Shown piece by piece: positions 46,406 to 55,881 of a stretch of DNA of 64,000 bases. Both the position numbers and the translations under genes were made by a program. Below the pieces are notes generated by a model. That model saw only the letters and a program-made list of their open reading frames with translations, made no database searches and had not been told where the DNA came from. The stretch's first letter is position 1, and each line of letters opens with the position of its first letter. The stretch comes from Bacteroidota bacterium (GTDB lineage: Bacteria > Bacteroidota > Bacteroidia > Bacteroidales > JAHJDW01). The stretch covers positions 29,516 to 93,515 of the forward strand of contig JBAXGW010000008.1 in the NCBI GenBank assembly GCA_037139195.1, given 5' to 3'.

Positions 46406-47059
46406 TTAGAACCCAAATCCCATCCAAAATGCTATATACATGCCCATGATAAAAAGACTTATTAACGTAATTAATTTACCATGAAAGCGGTCGCTTTTAG
46501 TGTATATAAAAACTCTATCGCCATTTGGCAATGTTCGTTTTGCAGTCCAAAGCGAAAGACCTATGCCTACGCCAATTATACCTCCAAAAAATGCAAAAAT
46601 ATACCCAACCGATTTCCAAACAGAGCCATCTTTTTCTTCAACCGATAGCTGTTTTATACGTTTATCGAACATTGTTTTTTCTAGCGAACTCGAAATTTCG
46701 ATACCTCTTTGGTTTAATATTTTTTTTGCTAGTTTTTTATCAAATTCGCACCATGCTTCAGGTTCCGAAATAATTTCTAATAATTCCTCGTTTTCAAAAG
46801 CAAATAAATAATAATCGGCATCCACATTTTCAATTTCTGTTTGAGCCTGATTATCCATGAATTCATTAACGATAGTAAAATCAGAAGATTTAATTTTTAT
46901 CAATACCTTACTTTGAGTGTCTTGACCGATATAAAAATCAGCAATAGCTCGTGAATTATCCTCTACTAAATATGGAATATTTTTTTCATTTAACAAATCG
47001 ATTAATTCCGACGCTTGCTCAATATCAAGAAATTTTTTATACGTAAGAAACTCACTCAT
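46406..47059 (-). CDS. Hypothetical protein with a soluble N-terminal domain and two C-terminal TM segments
   Basis: 217-aa ORF, 12 bp upstream of the GNAT gene. No family assigned with confidence. Confidence 0.6.
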   Translation of the reverse strand: MSEFLTYKKFLDIEQASELIDLLNEKNIPYLVEDNSRAIADFYIGQDTQSKVLIKIKSSDFTIVNEFMDNQAQTEIENVDADYYLFAFENEELLEIISEPEAWCEFDKKLAKKILNQRGIEISSSLEKTMFDKRIKQLSVEEKDGSVWKSVGYIFAFFGGIIGVGIGLSLWTAKRTLPNGDRVFIYTKSDRFHGKLITLISLFIMGMYIAFWMGFGF

Positions 47060-47287
47060 AGATTTTGGTTTTCATTGAACAGCTAAATTACAAAGTATTA
47101 ATTGTAAATCAGAATCAAATAAAAAAAATATTTTTAAACGATTGATGTACTAAAACTTATTATTGCAAATAAATTCAATTTTATCTAGAAATAATAAGGG
47201 AAATATACTTTTTTTTAGGCAATGACGTATGCAAATGTCTTTATCGATTAGATCTATTCCTAAGGTTTATTTGAACGAAATATTATG

Positions 47288-47372
47288 AAAAAAGCTTCGA
47301 TGCACAAGCAATTAATTTGTTTGGAATGCATCGAAGCAAAAGAAGCGAATGCTTAAATACATTCGCTCTTTT
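47288..47372 (-). terminator. Tandem hairpin terminators downstream of the type-B adhesin gene
   Basis: Hairpin 1 is GCTTCGATGCA / TGCATCGAAGC (47294-47304 and 47327-47337), followed by TTTTTT on the minus strand. Hairpin 2 is AGCGAATG / CATTCGCT (47344-47351 and 47360-47367), with T-runs on both strands. Confidence 0.65.
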
Positions 47373-47487
47373 TAATTAAACGCGAAACTAGATTGAAGTA
47401 ACTAACCAAAACACTCAAATCTAATCTTTTCAAAACCCTGAGAGGTTTAAATTCATTATTATTCAGTTGACGAAATCAATGCCCCAT

Positions 47488-50400
47488 TTATAATAGTATT
47501 GTAACGCTTCCCGATTTTTGATATTTAACAGAATGGTAATCTGCGTAATCAATAATATAATAATATGTTCCAGATGGGCAAATGTTTCCATTCATTCTTC
47601 CATCCCAACCATTTTCTATGTCGTTAGATTCATATATCTTTTGACCCCATCTATTAAAAATATAAATAGTAAAAGCAGAAATATTTTGAGCAACTACTCT
47701 AAAATTATCATTTTTGTTATCGCCATTAGGAGTGAAGCAATTTGGAATAAACATGTCTGAAAAACAACTATCAATTAATACTATTGTATCGCTGCTTTTA
47801 CATCCATTATTATCAGTCACGCTTAGCGAATACGAATTAGCACTATTCGCTATTATTTCAGCGGTAGTATTTCCCGTCGACCATAAATAGCTTGCATATA
47901 TGTCAGGGACATTAATAATTATATTATCTATACAACCTGTGAAATCGTTCCCAAGGTTTATACTTGGCATTGATAAGTAAGATAAGTTAATGCTATCAAT
48001 TGCAGTTCCACATAAAGCAGATGAAACTGTAACGCTGTAATTACCAGCAGCTGAAACTGAAATAATTGGAGTTGTTTCTTGAGTAGACCAGTAGTAATTA
48101 TAATTTGTATTACCTGCATTTAATAATGTTGAATTTCCTTCACAAATTGAGACGTCAGCGCCAAGATTAACTGTTGGTATTGGTTCAACAGAAACAGTCG
48201 CCATAGCCGAGCTTGAACAATTGTTTGCGGTTCCTGTTACATAATAAGTAGTGTTTGCATTTGGGGAAACAGTAATAGTGCTATTTCCTGAATAACCAGC
48301 CCAAATATACGTTGTTGCACCTGCAATATCGCTTATTGCATTTAAATCTATAGAAGATCCTTGGCAAATACTTGGAGAATTTGGCAATATGCTAATTGTT
48401 GGTATCGGATTAACTGTAACAACTACATCGGCCGTATTTGAACATCCATTTAACCCAATTACAGCAACAATATAAGTTGTTGTTATTGTTGGATTAACGA
48501 TAGGATTAGAAATTAATGAGTTCGCTAATCCTATAGTTGGGCTCCAAGAATAGCTATTACCACCTGAAGCAGATAAATTTGCAGAATTTCCCTTGCATAT
48601 TGAGATTGGAGCGCTTACATTGATATTTGGAGGTGTATTATTTAATGAAACTAATACACTATCAGTTGCAAAACATCCGTTGTTTGAGTTTGTAACAGTC
48701 AAAACATAAGTCCCACTAAGGTTAACAACTGGTGATTTTGTAAGTTCCCCAAAAAGAATTGAACCTGACCAAGAATAATCTATTCCTGTACCTGATTCAG
48801 AAAGTGTTCCATCTAAAACTACAGAAGGAATTAAACAAGTTATTGTTTTATCTGGTCCAGCTTCTGCAAGTGGAATTATTTTATTTACTGCTATTACTAC
48901 ATTGTCAGTGGCAGTACAAAGACTTAAACTATTTGTGGTTGTAACAGTATATGTAGTAGTTGCAGTAGGTGTTGCAGTAGGGTTTGAAATTGAAGAACTA
49001 CTTAAGTCAGAAGTAGGATTCCAAATATAAGTATAAGCTGTATTATTAGTTGCTCCAATTGTTATACCACTCAAATTTTGCGTACAAGTAATTGTTCCAG
49101 CATTTCCTGCTTCAGAAATTGGCAAAATCTTATCAACAGTAACAATAACATTATCAGTACTTGAACAACCATTAGCCGTTGTGGTGGTTGTAACCGTATA
49201 AGTTGTAGTTGCCGTAGGGTTTGCATTAGGATTGGAAAGTGTAGGGCTGCTTAAACCTAAAGAAGGATTCCATAAGTACGTTTGTGCCACCAAATTTGCA
49301 GCTCCTATCACTAATCCATTTGTATTTTGTATGCAAGTAATTGTTCCTGCGTTCCCAGCTTCTGATATTGGTAAAACTTTATCAACAGAAACAATAACAT
49401 TATCAGTAGCTGTACATCCATTTGAATTTGATGTTGTAGTAACTATATATGTTGTAGTTGCAGTAGGCGTTGCTATAGGATTTGAAATAGTAGAATTGGT
49501 TAAGTCAGATGTTGGATTCCAAATATAAGTATAAGCTGTATTATTCGTTGCTCCAATTGAGACTCCACTTAAATTTTGCGTACAAGTAATTGTTCCTGCA
49601 TTTCCAGCTTCGGAATTTGGCAAAATCTTATCAACAGTAATAACTACATTATCAGAACTTGAACACCCATTAGCAGTTGTTGTAGTTGTAACAGTATATG
49701 TAGTAGTTGCAGTAGGTGTAGCAACAGGATTTGGAATAGTAGAATTGCTTAAATCAGAAGAAGGATTCCAAATATAAGTATAAGCTGTATTATTTGTTGT
49801 TCCAATGGAAACTCCACTTAAATTTTGAGTACAAGTAATTGTTCCAGCATTTCCTGCTTCAGAAATTGGCAAAATCTTATCAACAGTAACAATAACATTA
49901 TCAGTACTTGAACAACCATTAGCCGTTGTGGTGGTTGTAACCGTATAAGTTGTAGTTGCCGTAGGGTTTGCATTAGGATTGGAAAGTGTAGGGCTGCTTA
50001 AACCTAAAGAAGGATTCCATAAGTACGTTTGTGCCACCAAATTTGCAGCTCCTATCACTAATCCATTTGTATTTTGTATGCAAGTAATTGTTCCTGCGTT
50101 CCCAGCTTCTGATATTGGTAAAACTTTATCAAAAGTAATAACTACATTATCTGAACTTGAACACCCATTAGCAGTTGATGTAGTTGTAACCGTATAAGTT
50201 GTAGTTGCAGTAGGTGTTGCAGTAGGGTTTGAAATAGAAGAACTACTTAAGTCAGAAGTTGGATTCCAAATATAAGTATATGCAGCATTATTAGTTGTTC
50301 CAATTGTTATTCCACTTAAATTTTGTGTACAAGTAATCGTTCCAGCTGAGCCTGCTTCAGAAGAAGGAAGTGTTTTGTTAACAGTAACAACTACATTATC

Positions 50401-51819
50401 TGTAGCAGTACATCCTGTAGAGGTTGTGGTGCAGGTGACTGTATAAGTGGTGCTTGTAACTGGATTTGCCGTTGGACTTGAAACGACAGAATTACTTAAT
50501 CCAGCTACTGGACTCCAAGAATAAGTTTTCGCAGGATCATTTGCTTCTCCAATAGCTATTCCACTTGTATTTTGTATGCAAGTTATAGTTCCTGCGGCTC
50601 CTGCTTCTACTGAACATGTTATACAAGAACTTGGAGCATTGTAAGATGTAGTTTTAGTACAAGTTGTTGCTGAAAAGGAAGCAGTAATATTATGCGAAGC
50701 ACCATCAGAAGTTAATCCAGTTAGTGTAAAGGCTTGAGGGCTGTTGAAAGGAGGGTTAAAAGTTTGAGAATGACCATTACCATCTGAAACGGTCAGAGTT
50801 CCTGTTGTTGGTGGGTTATTAAAAGTAATTGAGCCTGAAACAGAATATTGATTATTTGTAGTATTACATGCAGAAGGATTAGCAGTAAGTGCTGAAATAT
50901 CGCATGGAATTACAATGCTACAATCGGTTGCTCCTGCTCCAACACCTGAATTAGTTTGGTTGAAAGTTATATTTGAAGCCACATTAGCATAATTTGCAAT
51001 GCACAGTAAATAATACTGTCCAATAGTAGCATTATTAATATAACAATTCTCAGTTGCGTCTATACTAAAGCTGCAATCAACAATGTTTGTTCCCGCAGGA
51101 GGAGGTGTATGAGGATTATTCATACTTGTATAACTATTATCATCTAATCCAGCAATGCAATTGCTAGTTGGATTTGTAAATGGTCCCCAGCAAATAAAAT
51201 CAACATCGTTTCCGCCATTAGAGCCTTGACTTGAAATATTTATTACGATGTTTCCTGCAGTTCCAATTTTCAAATAATAATATGCAGGATTATCAAAAAT
51301 TCCACAGCCCGCACCATAAGGAAATTCAGATGCTGCATTTGTAGAAGCCGGGTAAGTTATTGGTAAGCCTGTGCAAAATGGACCAGCACCAGCACAAATG
51401 CTTGGGTCTAATGTAATACAAGATATTGCAGCAACCCAGCCTGCTCTTGCTGTTGTTGCATCTGATGTAAATTTAAATGTTAAACATCCTGTAGTTGAAT
51501 TTACAGCAAAAGGAGTATTTCCAGAGTAAGTTCCTATTACTGTTGCAGAAGTTGAATTTCCATCATAAACTGTTAGAATGTCTAAATTTGCTTGTGTGTT
51601 AAAAGTTGTAAAATCAAACTTTATTTGATCTCCAGGCGTTGACGAGCAAAAGGTCATTGTGTATGACTCATTGTTAGTGTAATTTGCAGTTGTCCCTGAA
51701 TCATAAAATGTACCAGCGCAAGTACTTACAGATCCGCCAGTGCTTATTTTATATGTTTGAGCATTAATTGTATTAAAGCCCAATATCGTTATTGCTAAAA
51801 ATGTGTATAGCTGTTTCAT
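47488..51819 (-). CDS. Giant type-B T9SS substrate: CUB-like N-terminal domain, tandem ~83-aa Ig-like repeats and a gliding-motility-associated C-terminal domain
   Basis: 1443 aa with a signal peptide. CUB-like region: CAGTFYDSG...ILTVYDGNS...FKFTSDATTARAGW. The repeats have the pattern EAGNAGTITC.QN..G..IG......YTYIWNP. C-terminus: IPNCFTPNGDNKNDNFRVV...GWDGRMNG...GTYYYII. Confidence 0.92.
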   Translation of the reverse strand: MKQLYTFLAITILGFNTINAQTYKISTGGSVSTCAGTFYDSGTTANYTNNESYTMTFCSSTPGDQIKFDFTTFNTQANLDILTVYDGNSTSATVIGTYSGNTPFAVNSTTGCLTFKFTSDATTARAGWVAAISCITLDPSICAGAGPFCTGLPITYPASTNAASEFPYGAGCGIFDNPAYYYLKIGTAGNIVINISSQGSNGGNDVDFICWGPFTNPTSNCIAGLDDNSYTSMNNPHTPPPAGTNIVDCSFSIDATENCYINNATIGQYYLLCIANYANVASNITFNQTNSGVGAGATDCSIVIPCDISALTANPSACNTTNNQYSVSGSITFNNPPTTGTLTVSDGNGHSQTFNPPFNSPQAFTLTGLTSDGASHNITASFSATTCTKTTSYNAPSSCITCSVEAGAAGTITCIQNTSGIAIGEANDPAKTYSWSPVAGLSNSVVSSPTANPVTSTTYTVTCTTTSTGCTATDNVVVTVNKTLPSSEAGSAGTITCTQNLSGITIGTTNNAAYTYIWNPTSDLSSSSISNPTATPTATTTYTVTTTSTANGCSSSDNVVITFDKVLPISEAGNAGTITCIQNTNGLVIGAANLVAQTYLWNPSLGLSSPTLSNPNANPTATTTYTVTTTTTANGCSSTDNVIVTVDKILPISEAGNAGTITCTQNLSGVSIGTTNNTAYTYIWNPSSDLSNSTIPNPVATPTATTTYTVTTTTTANGCSSSDNVVITVDKILPNSEAGNAGTITCTQNLSGVSIGATNNTAYTYIWNPTSDLTNSTISNPIATPTATTTYIVTTTSNSNGCTATDNVIVSVDKVLPISEAGNAGTITCIQNTNGLVIGAANLVAQTYLWNPSLGLSSPTLSNPNANPTATTTYTVTTTTTANGCSSTDNVIVTVDKILPISEAGNAGTITCTQNLSGITIGATNNTAYTYIWNPTSDLSSSSISNPTATPTATTTYTVTTTNSLSLCTATDNVVIAVNKIIPLAEAGPDKTITCLIPSVVLDGTLSESGTGIDYSWSGSILFGELTKSPVVNLSGTYVLTVTNSNNGCFATDSVLVSLNNTPPNINVSAPISICKGNSANLSASGGNSYSWSPTIGLANSLISNPIVNPTITTTYIVAVIGLNGCSNTADVVVTVNPIPTISILPNSPSICQGSSIDLNAISDIAGATTYIWAGYSGNSTITVSPNANTTYYVTGTANNCSSSAMATVSVEPIPTVNLGADVSICEGNSTLLNAGNTNYNYYWSTQETTPIISVSAAGNYSVTVSSALCGTAIDSINLSYLSMPSINLGNDFTGCIDNIIINVPDIYASYLWSTGNTTAEIIANSANSYSLSVTDNNGCKSSDTIVLIDSCFSDMFIPNCFTPNGDNKNDNFRVVAQNISAFTIYIFNRWGQKIYESNDIENGWDGRMNGNICPSGTYYYIIDYADYHSVKYQKSGSVTILL
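48860..50620 (-). repeat. Intragenic tandem coding repeats (~249 bp / 83 aa units) with a 747-bp higher-order duplication
   Basis: The 304-bp blocks 49082-49385 and 49829-50132 appear identical base for base on reading (offset 747 bp, or three units). This also explains the identical antisense track ORFs starting MESVGLLKPKEGFHKYV. Confidence 0.85.
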
Positions 51820-52457
51820 TAGTATTGAGATTTAAAGGTTTGATTTTTCAATTGATTATATGTGAAATCATCAATATTTTCTAATCCCGTCATTTTTTTA
51901 TATTCTTCAGGGTTGAAACGGATCCACTTTTGTTGGGCAATATCAAAATTCAAATCATCTAATTCTTTATTTCCAGTATTAATCCTTTTAGGGTATGATT
52001 CTGGATAAAGCCAATTTACAGGGTCGACAGGGGCTTTTATAGCAGAATACTTGGGGAAATAGGCTTTTTTATTTTTTAATTCTGTAGCAATGTTCTTGTC
52101 ATTAGTACTTATTGTTATTATATCAAAATCTAAATTTGTTGTTAGAAAAATATTTCTCAATTCTAAGATATTCAAGTTGTTATCAAAAACAATTAGACAT
52201 CTTCTTTCATAAAAAATTTTGAAAGAAATTACTCCTGGCAATTTCAACACATAGTTTTCTAATTGTTTTTTGTCAAAGGTTCCAATATTTCCAATTATAC
52301 CAAAGGTGGCAGCATTGTAGTTATCGGATTTGAAATTATCCACAAAAAAGATTTGCTTATCTTGGGATTTTAATTTTGTTGGGATAACTAATAGCATTAA
52401 AAATATCCCACATAAAAGAAGATTATATCCTCTTTTTACAATGAAATTTGTTCTCAT
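51819..52457 (-). CDS. Hypothetical secreted or anchored protein, translationally coupled to the adhesin gene
   Basis: I prefer the start at MRTNFIVKRGYNLLLCGIFLMLLVIP (52457); the track ORF runs to 52499. Its stop TAA (51821-51819) overlaps the adhesin ATG (51819-51817) by 1 nt. I recognise no family. Confidence 0.6.
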   Translation of the reverse strand: MRTNFIVKRGYNLLLCGIFLMLLVIPTKLKSQDKQIFFVDNFKSDNYNAATFGIIGNIGTFDKKQLENYVLKLPGVISFKIFYERRCLIVFDNNLNILELRNIFLTTNLDFDIITISTNDKNIATELKNKKAYFPKYSAIKAPVDPVNWLYPESYPKRINTGNKELDDLNFDIAQQKWIRFNPEEYKKMTGLENIDDFTYNQLKNQTFKSQY

Positions 52458-52761
52458 GTTTTTATTAACGTTAGTGACGAGGTAAAGATAATATAGCAAT
52501 CTTTATTAAATCAATTAGTTGAAGTTTGAATAAATGCTATTTTGATTTAGTTTATATAAAATTGGGTTTAGCGTATTTTTTTCTGCCAATTCTTTATACC
52601 AAATTTCAAAAAAATGAAAAATTTAATTTTTTTTCAGTGTTTAATTTGCCATTTTTTCCTCAAATTCGGACTTAAATTTTTATTTTAAATTGATTCTTTA
52701 AATTAGGTGTTAATCTTTTGTTAATTTAATATTGATTGCACCTATACATTGATTGTTGTTT

Positions 52762-52769
52762 TATATTTG
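52762..52769 (+). promoter_or_regulatory. -7 promoter box (TATATTTG) for the metal-island leader gene
   Basis: TAnnTTTG match, 30 nt upstream of the ATG at 52799. Confidence 0.45.
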
Positions 52770-52798
52770 TAAAATCAAGATATTTTAATAAAAAACCA

Positions 52799-53191
52799 AT
52801 GTTTAAAAAAGTTAGTCATATTAGTTTAATAGTTCTTCTCCTTGCTTATACAATGGGACTAACTATATATAAACACTACTGTGGCAGTGCTTTTGTAAAT
52901 CAAACTGTTTTAGTGGAGCCTCACCGTTGTTGTGGTGATGCTTGTACACATTGTCACGATGAAGTTAAACAGTTTAAAATAACCGATAGCTTTGAGAATT
53001 CTGATTTTAGTTTTAATATTAAATCAGAATTAAACCAATTTTTTGAGCAATTATTTGTTCCAATTTCTGTGAATATTGCAACAATAAACCAAGTTTTTTC
53101 TAATTGCTTTTTCTATAAAGCTAAAATTTGCGAGAATAATTCGCATCCCTCTAGTATTTCTTTCTCTTTTTTACAGTCATTTCGTTTATGA
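52799..53191 (+). CDS. Small membrane-anchored Cys/His-rich protein (HYC...CC type)
   Basis: I prefer the start at MFKKVSHISLIVLLLAYTMGL (52799), 30 nt after a TATATTTG -7 box. Motif: KHYCGSAFVNQTVLVEPHRCCGDACTHCHDE. It resembles what I recall being annotated as the HYC_CC_PP family next to TBDRs. Confidence 0.6.
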   Translation: MFKKVSHISLIVLLLAYTMGLTIYKHYCGSAFVNQTVLVEPHRCCGDACTHCHDEVKQFKITDSFENSDFSFNIKSELNQFFEQLFVPISVNIATINQVFSNCFFYKAKICENNSHPSSISFSFLQSFRL

Positions 53192-53322
53192 TTTTTTTAA
53201 TGCTATTTAATTATTTAATAAATAGATTGTTAAATAATTAGATCCTATATTTTGCTTTTATTTTCAATTTTGCTTTGAAAATAAAATTCAATTTTTAAAT
53301 TAAATGCATTAAAAAAACTAAG

Positions 53323-55710
53323 ATGACAAAATTTAAAATACTAATAAGTTTTTTGTTGTTACTATTGTTTTATGTAACCACAAATGCTCAGACAATTAAA
53401 GGCAGAGTAGTTGAAATAGGAGACAAAAAAGAAAAACTTGCAATTGCAGGAGCTACAGTTGTTTGGATTGGAACAACACATGGAATAGGAACAGATTCTG
53501 ACGGATACTTTCAAATTTCAAAAAGTGGAATTTCGGACCAAAGATTGGTTGTTAGTTTTTTGGGCTATAAAAATGACACAATACCTGTTAAAAAAGAAGA
53601 TGTTTACTTTGAAATTGTTATTGTACCATCATCTACTCAATTAAAAGGTGTTGTAATATCCGAAAATGCAGGCAGTTATATATCAAAAATGGATCCACGA
53701 AAGGTTGAAAATATAACTACTGGCGAGTTATATCGAGCCGCGTGTTGTAATCTTTCCGAGAGTTTTGAGACAAATGCATCAGTTGATGTATCGTATAGCG
53801 ATGCCATAACTGGTGCAAAACAAATTCAAATGCTTGGATTATCTGGAATATATAGTCAATTGCAAACCGAAAATATTCCTTTGCTTCGTGGAATGGCTTC
53901 TACTTATGGCTTAAATTATATTCCGGGCTCTTGGATGGAATCTATACAAATTTCTAAAGGGACATCTTCGGTAGTTAACGGATACGAATCAATTACAGGT
54001 CAGATAAATGTTGAATATAAAAAGCCTGCTACTAGCGACAAGCTATTTGTGAATATTTATGCTAATGAGCATCAACGAATGGAAGCGAATGTGAATGTGG
54101 CTCATAATTTCTCCGAAAAATTTAGCACAATGCTTATGCTTCATGGCGATGACTTTCAAAATAAAATAAACAATGTAAATACAACACAAATAAATTCGGG
54201 AGGTCAAAAAGTTACTATGCCCGAAAACTTCATGGATTTGCCTTTGCTTCGCACGCTAAGTATTTTCAATCGTTGGGATTATATCAACAAAGGAAAATAT
54301 GTTTCACGCTTCGGTATTAAATATATGAAAGAAGATAGAACTGGAGGAACAATAGATTTTAATAAAAATACATTTGAGCTTGATACGGCAAAAATTAATG
54401 CAAAAACTTTACCGTATGGATTTGGCTTAAAAACCGAACGTGCCGAAGCATTTTGGAAAAATGGAATTATGTTTGCCAACAAACCTTATAAAAGTATAGG
54501 ATTAATTGTTTCGGCTGTTTCACATAATCAAAGTGGTTTTTTTGGAGTTAATAATTATAGTGGACACGAACAAAGTTTATATGCAAATTTGATTTATCAG
54601 TCGATAATAAATAATACAAACCACAAGTTTAGCACTGGTTTTAGCTATTTGTATGATAAATATAGAGAAGCTTATGACCAAACTCAATTCCGATATATTT
54701 ATCAGGTTGCAACGTATTTGCCAGGTGAAGCCGCTTCAATGCATGATATAACTTCACTTTATGATTATAAGCGAGTAAAATACAATTGGGATAGAACAGA
54801 GTCGGTACCTGGTGCTTTCTTCGAATATACGTATACTCCATCTGCTAAATTTACTGCAATTGCTGGAATACGTGCTGATTATCATAATAAATATGGTGCT
54901 TTTGTAACTCCTCGCATAAATTTAAAATACAAAATAGATTCAACTACTATTATCAGGGGTTCTGCTGGTTTAGGCTACAGAACAGCCAATATCATTGCAG
55001 AAAACATGTCGATACTAGCTAGTCAACGAATAATTGAAGTAGTTGGAAATTTAGATCAAGAAAAAGCAATTAATTTTGGTGTTAATTTGAGTAAGTCGTT
55101 CAAACTTTTTACTCGCAAAGCAGAATTTGATGTAGATGTGTATCGTACAAATTTCATGAATCAAGTGGTTGTAGATATGGATAAAGACCCAACAACAGTG
55201 TATTTTTATAATTTAGATGGAAAATCGTATGCTAATAGCTATCAAGTGCAGGTTTCGTTCGATCCTTTTAAAAGATTTACTACATTATTAGCATTTAGGA
55301 TTAATGATGCAAAATCATCTTCAGATGGAATTGTTCAGCCAAAGCTTTTGCAAAACAAATATAAAGGTTTGGTTTCGTTATCTTATGAAACAAAATACGA
55401 TAAATGGAAATTTGATTTAACAACTCAAATTATTGGACCAGCAAGAATTTCGCCTCAAAGCAAAATGCCCGAAATTGTTCGCCGTGATTACCAAACAACA
55501 CCTATTTACAGTTTGGTAAATGCACAAATAACTCGAAAATTCAAATATTTTTCTGTATATTTAGGTGCAGAAAATGCATTAAATTATAAACAAAAAGATC
55601 CAATAACCGAACCTTTCATTCCGTATCATACTCATTTTGACACAACAATGGCTTGGGGTCCAATTATTGGAAGAACAGTATATGCAGGATTTAGGTTTTC
55701 AATTAAATAG
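53323..55710 (+). CDS. TonB-dependent receptor with a CarboxypepD_reg domain and a double-Cys plug motif
   Basis: 795 aa with a signal peptide. Contains IKGRVVE...GATVVWIGTTHGIGTDSDGYFQI. Plug: LYRAACCNLSESFETNASVDVSYSDAITGAKQIQMLGLSG. Barrel ends YAGFRFSIK. Confidence 0.9.
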   Translation: MTKFKILISFLLLLLFYVTTNAQTIKGRVVEIGDKKEKLAIAGATVVWIGTTHGIGTDSDGYFQISKSGISDQRLVVSFLGYKNDTIPVKKEDVYFEIVIVPSSTQLKGVVISENAGSYISKMDPRKVENITTGELYRAACCNLSESFETNASVDVSYSDAITGAKQIQMLGLSGIYSQLQTENIPLLRGMASTYGLNYIPGSWMESIQISKGTSSVVNGYESITGQINVEYKKPATSDKLFVNIYANEHQRMEANVNVAHNFSEKFSTMLMLHGDDFQNKINNVNTTQINSGGQKVTMPENFMDLPLLRTLSIFNRWDYINKGKYVSRFGIKYMKEDRTGGTIDFNKNTFELDTAKINAKTLPYGFGLKTERAEAFWKNGIMFANKPYKSIGLIVSAVSHNQSGFFGVNNYSGHEQSLYANLIYQSIINNTNHKFSTGFSYLYDKYREAYDQTQFRYIYQVATYLPGEAASMHDITSLYDYKRVKYNWDRTESVPGAFFEYTYTPSAKFTAIAGIRADYHNKYGAFVTPRINLKYKIDSTTIIRGSAGLGYRTANIIAENMSILASQRIIEVVGNLDQEKAINFGVNLSKSFKLFTRKAEFDVDVYRTNFMNQVVVDMDKDPTTVYFYNLDGKSYANSYQVQVSFDPFKRFTTLLAFRINDAKSSSDGIVQPKLLQNKYKGLVSLSYETKYDKWKFDLTTQIIGPARISPQSKMPEIVRRDYQTTPIYSLVNAQITRKFKYFSVYLGAENALNYKQKDPITEPFIPYHTHFDTTMAWGPIIGRTVYAGFRFSIK

Positions 55711-55832
55711 AGTCTGTCCATAAACTCCGTACTCATCGTTGAAGTCGTGTTGCTCTTGAGTCATTTACAAACGTAAACTCCTCAATTTCAACACTTCCTT
55801 CGCCTCGATTACGAAGTCTATGAACAGCCTCT
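55710..55832 (+). mobile_element. MITE-like repeat family B, copy B1 (~123 bp, imperfect terminal inverted repeats)
   Basis: The element reads GAGTCTGTCCATAAACTCCGT...CGATTACGAAGTCTATGAACAGCCTCT. Its ends are inverted repeats (AGAGTCTGTCCATAAAC versus the complement of GTCTATGAACAGCCTCT). Its first G completes the TAG stop of the TBDR gene (55708-55710). By eye it is ~88 percent identical to B2. Confidence 0.8.
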
Positions 55833-55881
55833 GTTGCGTTTGAAAAATATATTGACCTTATAGACAAATACGAAATAGATT

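Noticed and set aside
47285-47356. 23-codon ORF (MKKASMHKQLICLECIEAKEANA) followed by a terminator; possible leader or small peptide
   Set aside because: The ORF is almost entirely made of the two arms of an 11-bp perfect inverted repeat. The region is better explained as tandem terminators for the convergent adhesin gene on the minus strand.
49232-50197. Two plus-strand ORFs with identical N-termini (MESVGLLKPKEGFHKYV...)
   Set aside because: They are antisense shadows of the duplicated coding repeats of the adhesin gene. The identity reflects the 747-bp duplication, not a gene family.
48860-50620. Regularly spaced repeats that might superficially suggest a CRISPR array
   Set aside because: The units are ~249 bp, contiguous, in frame and encode Ig-like domains of a 1443-aa protein. 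There is no short repeat/spacer organisation and no cas genes.
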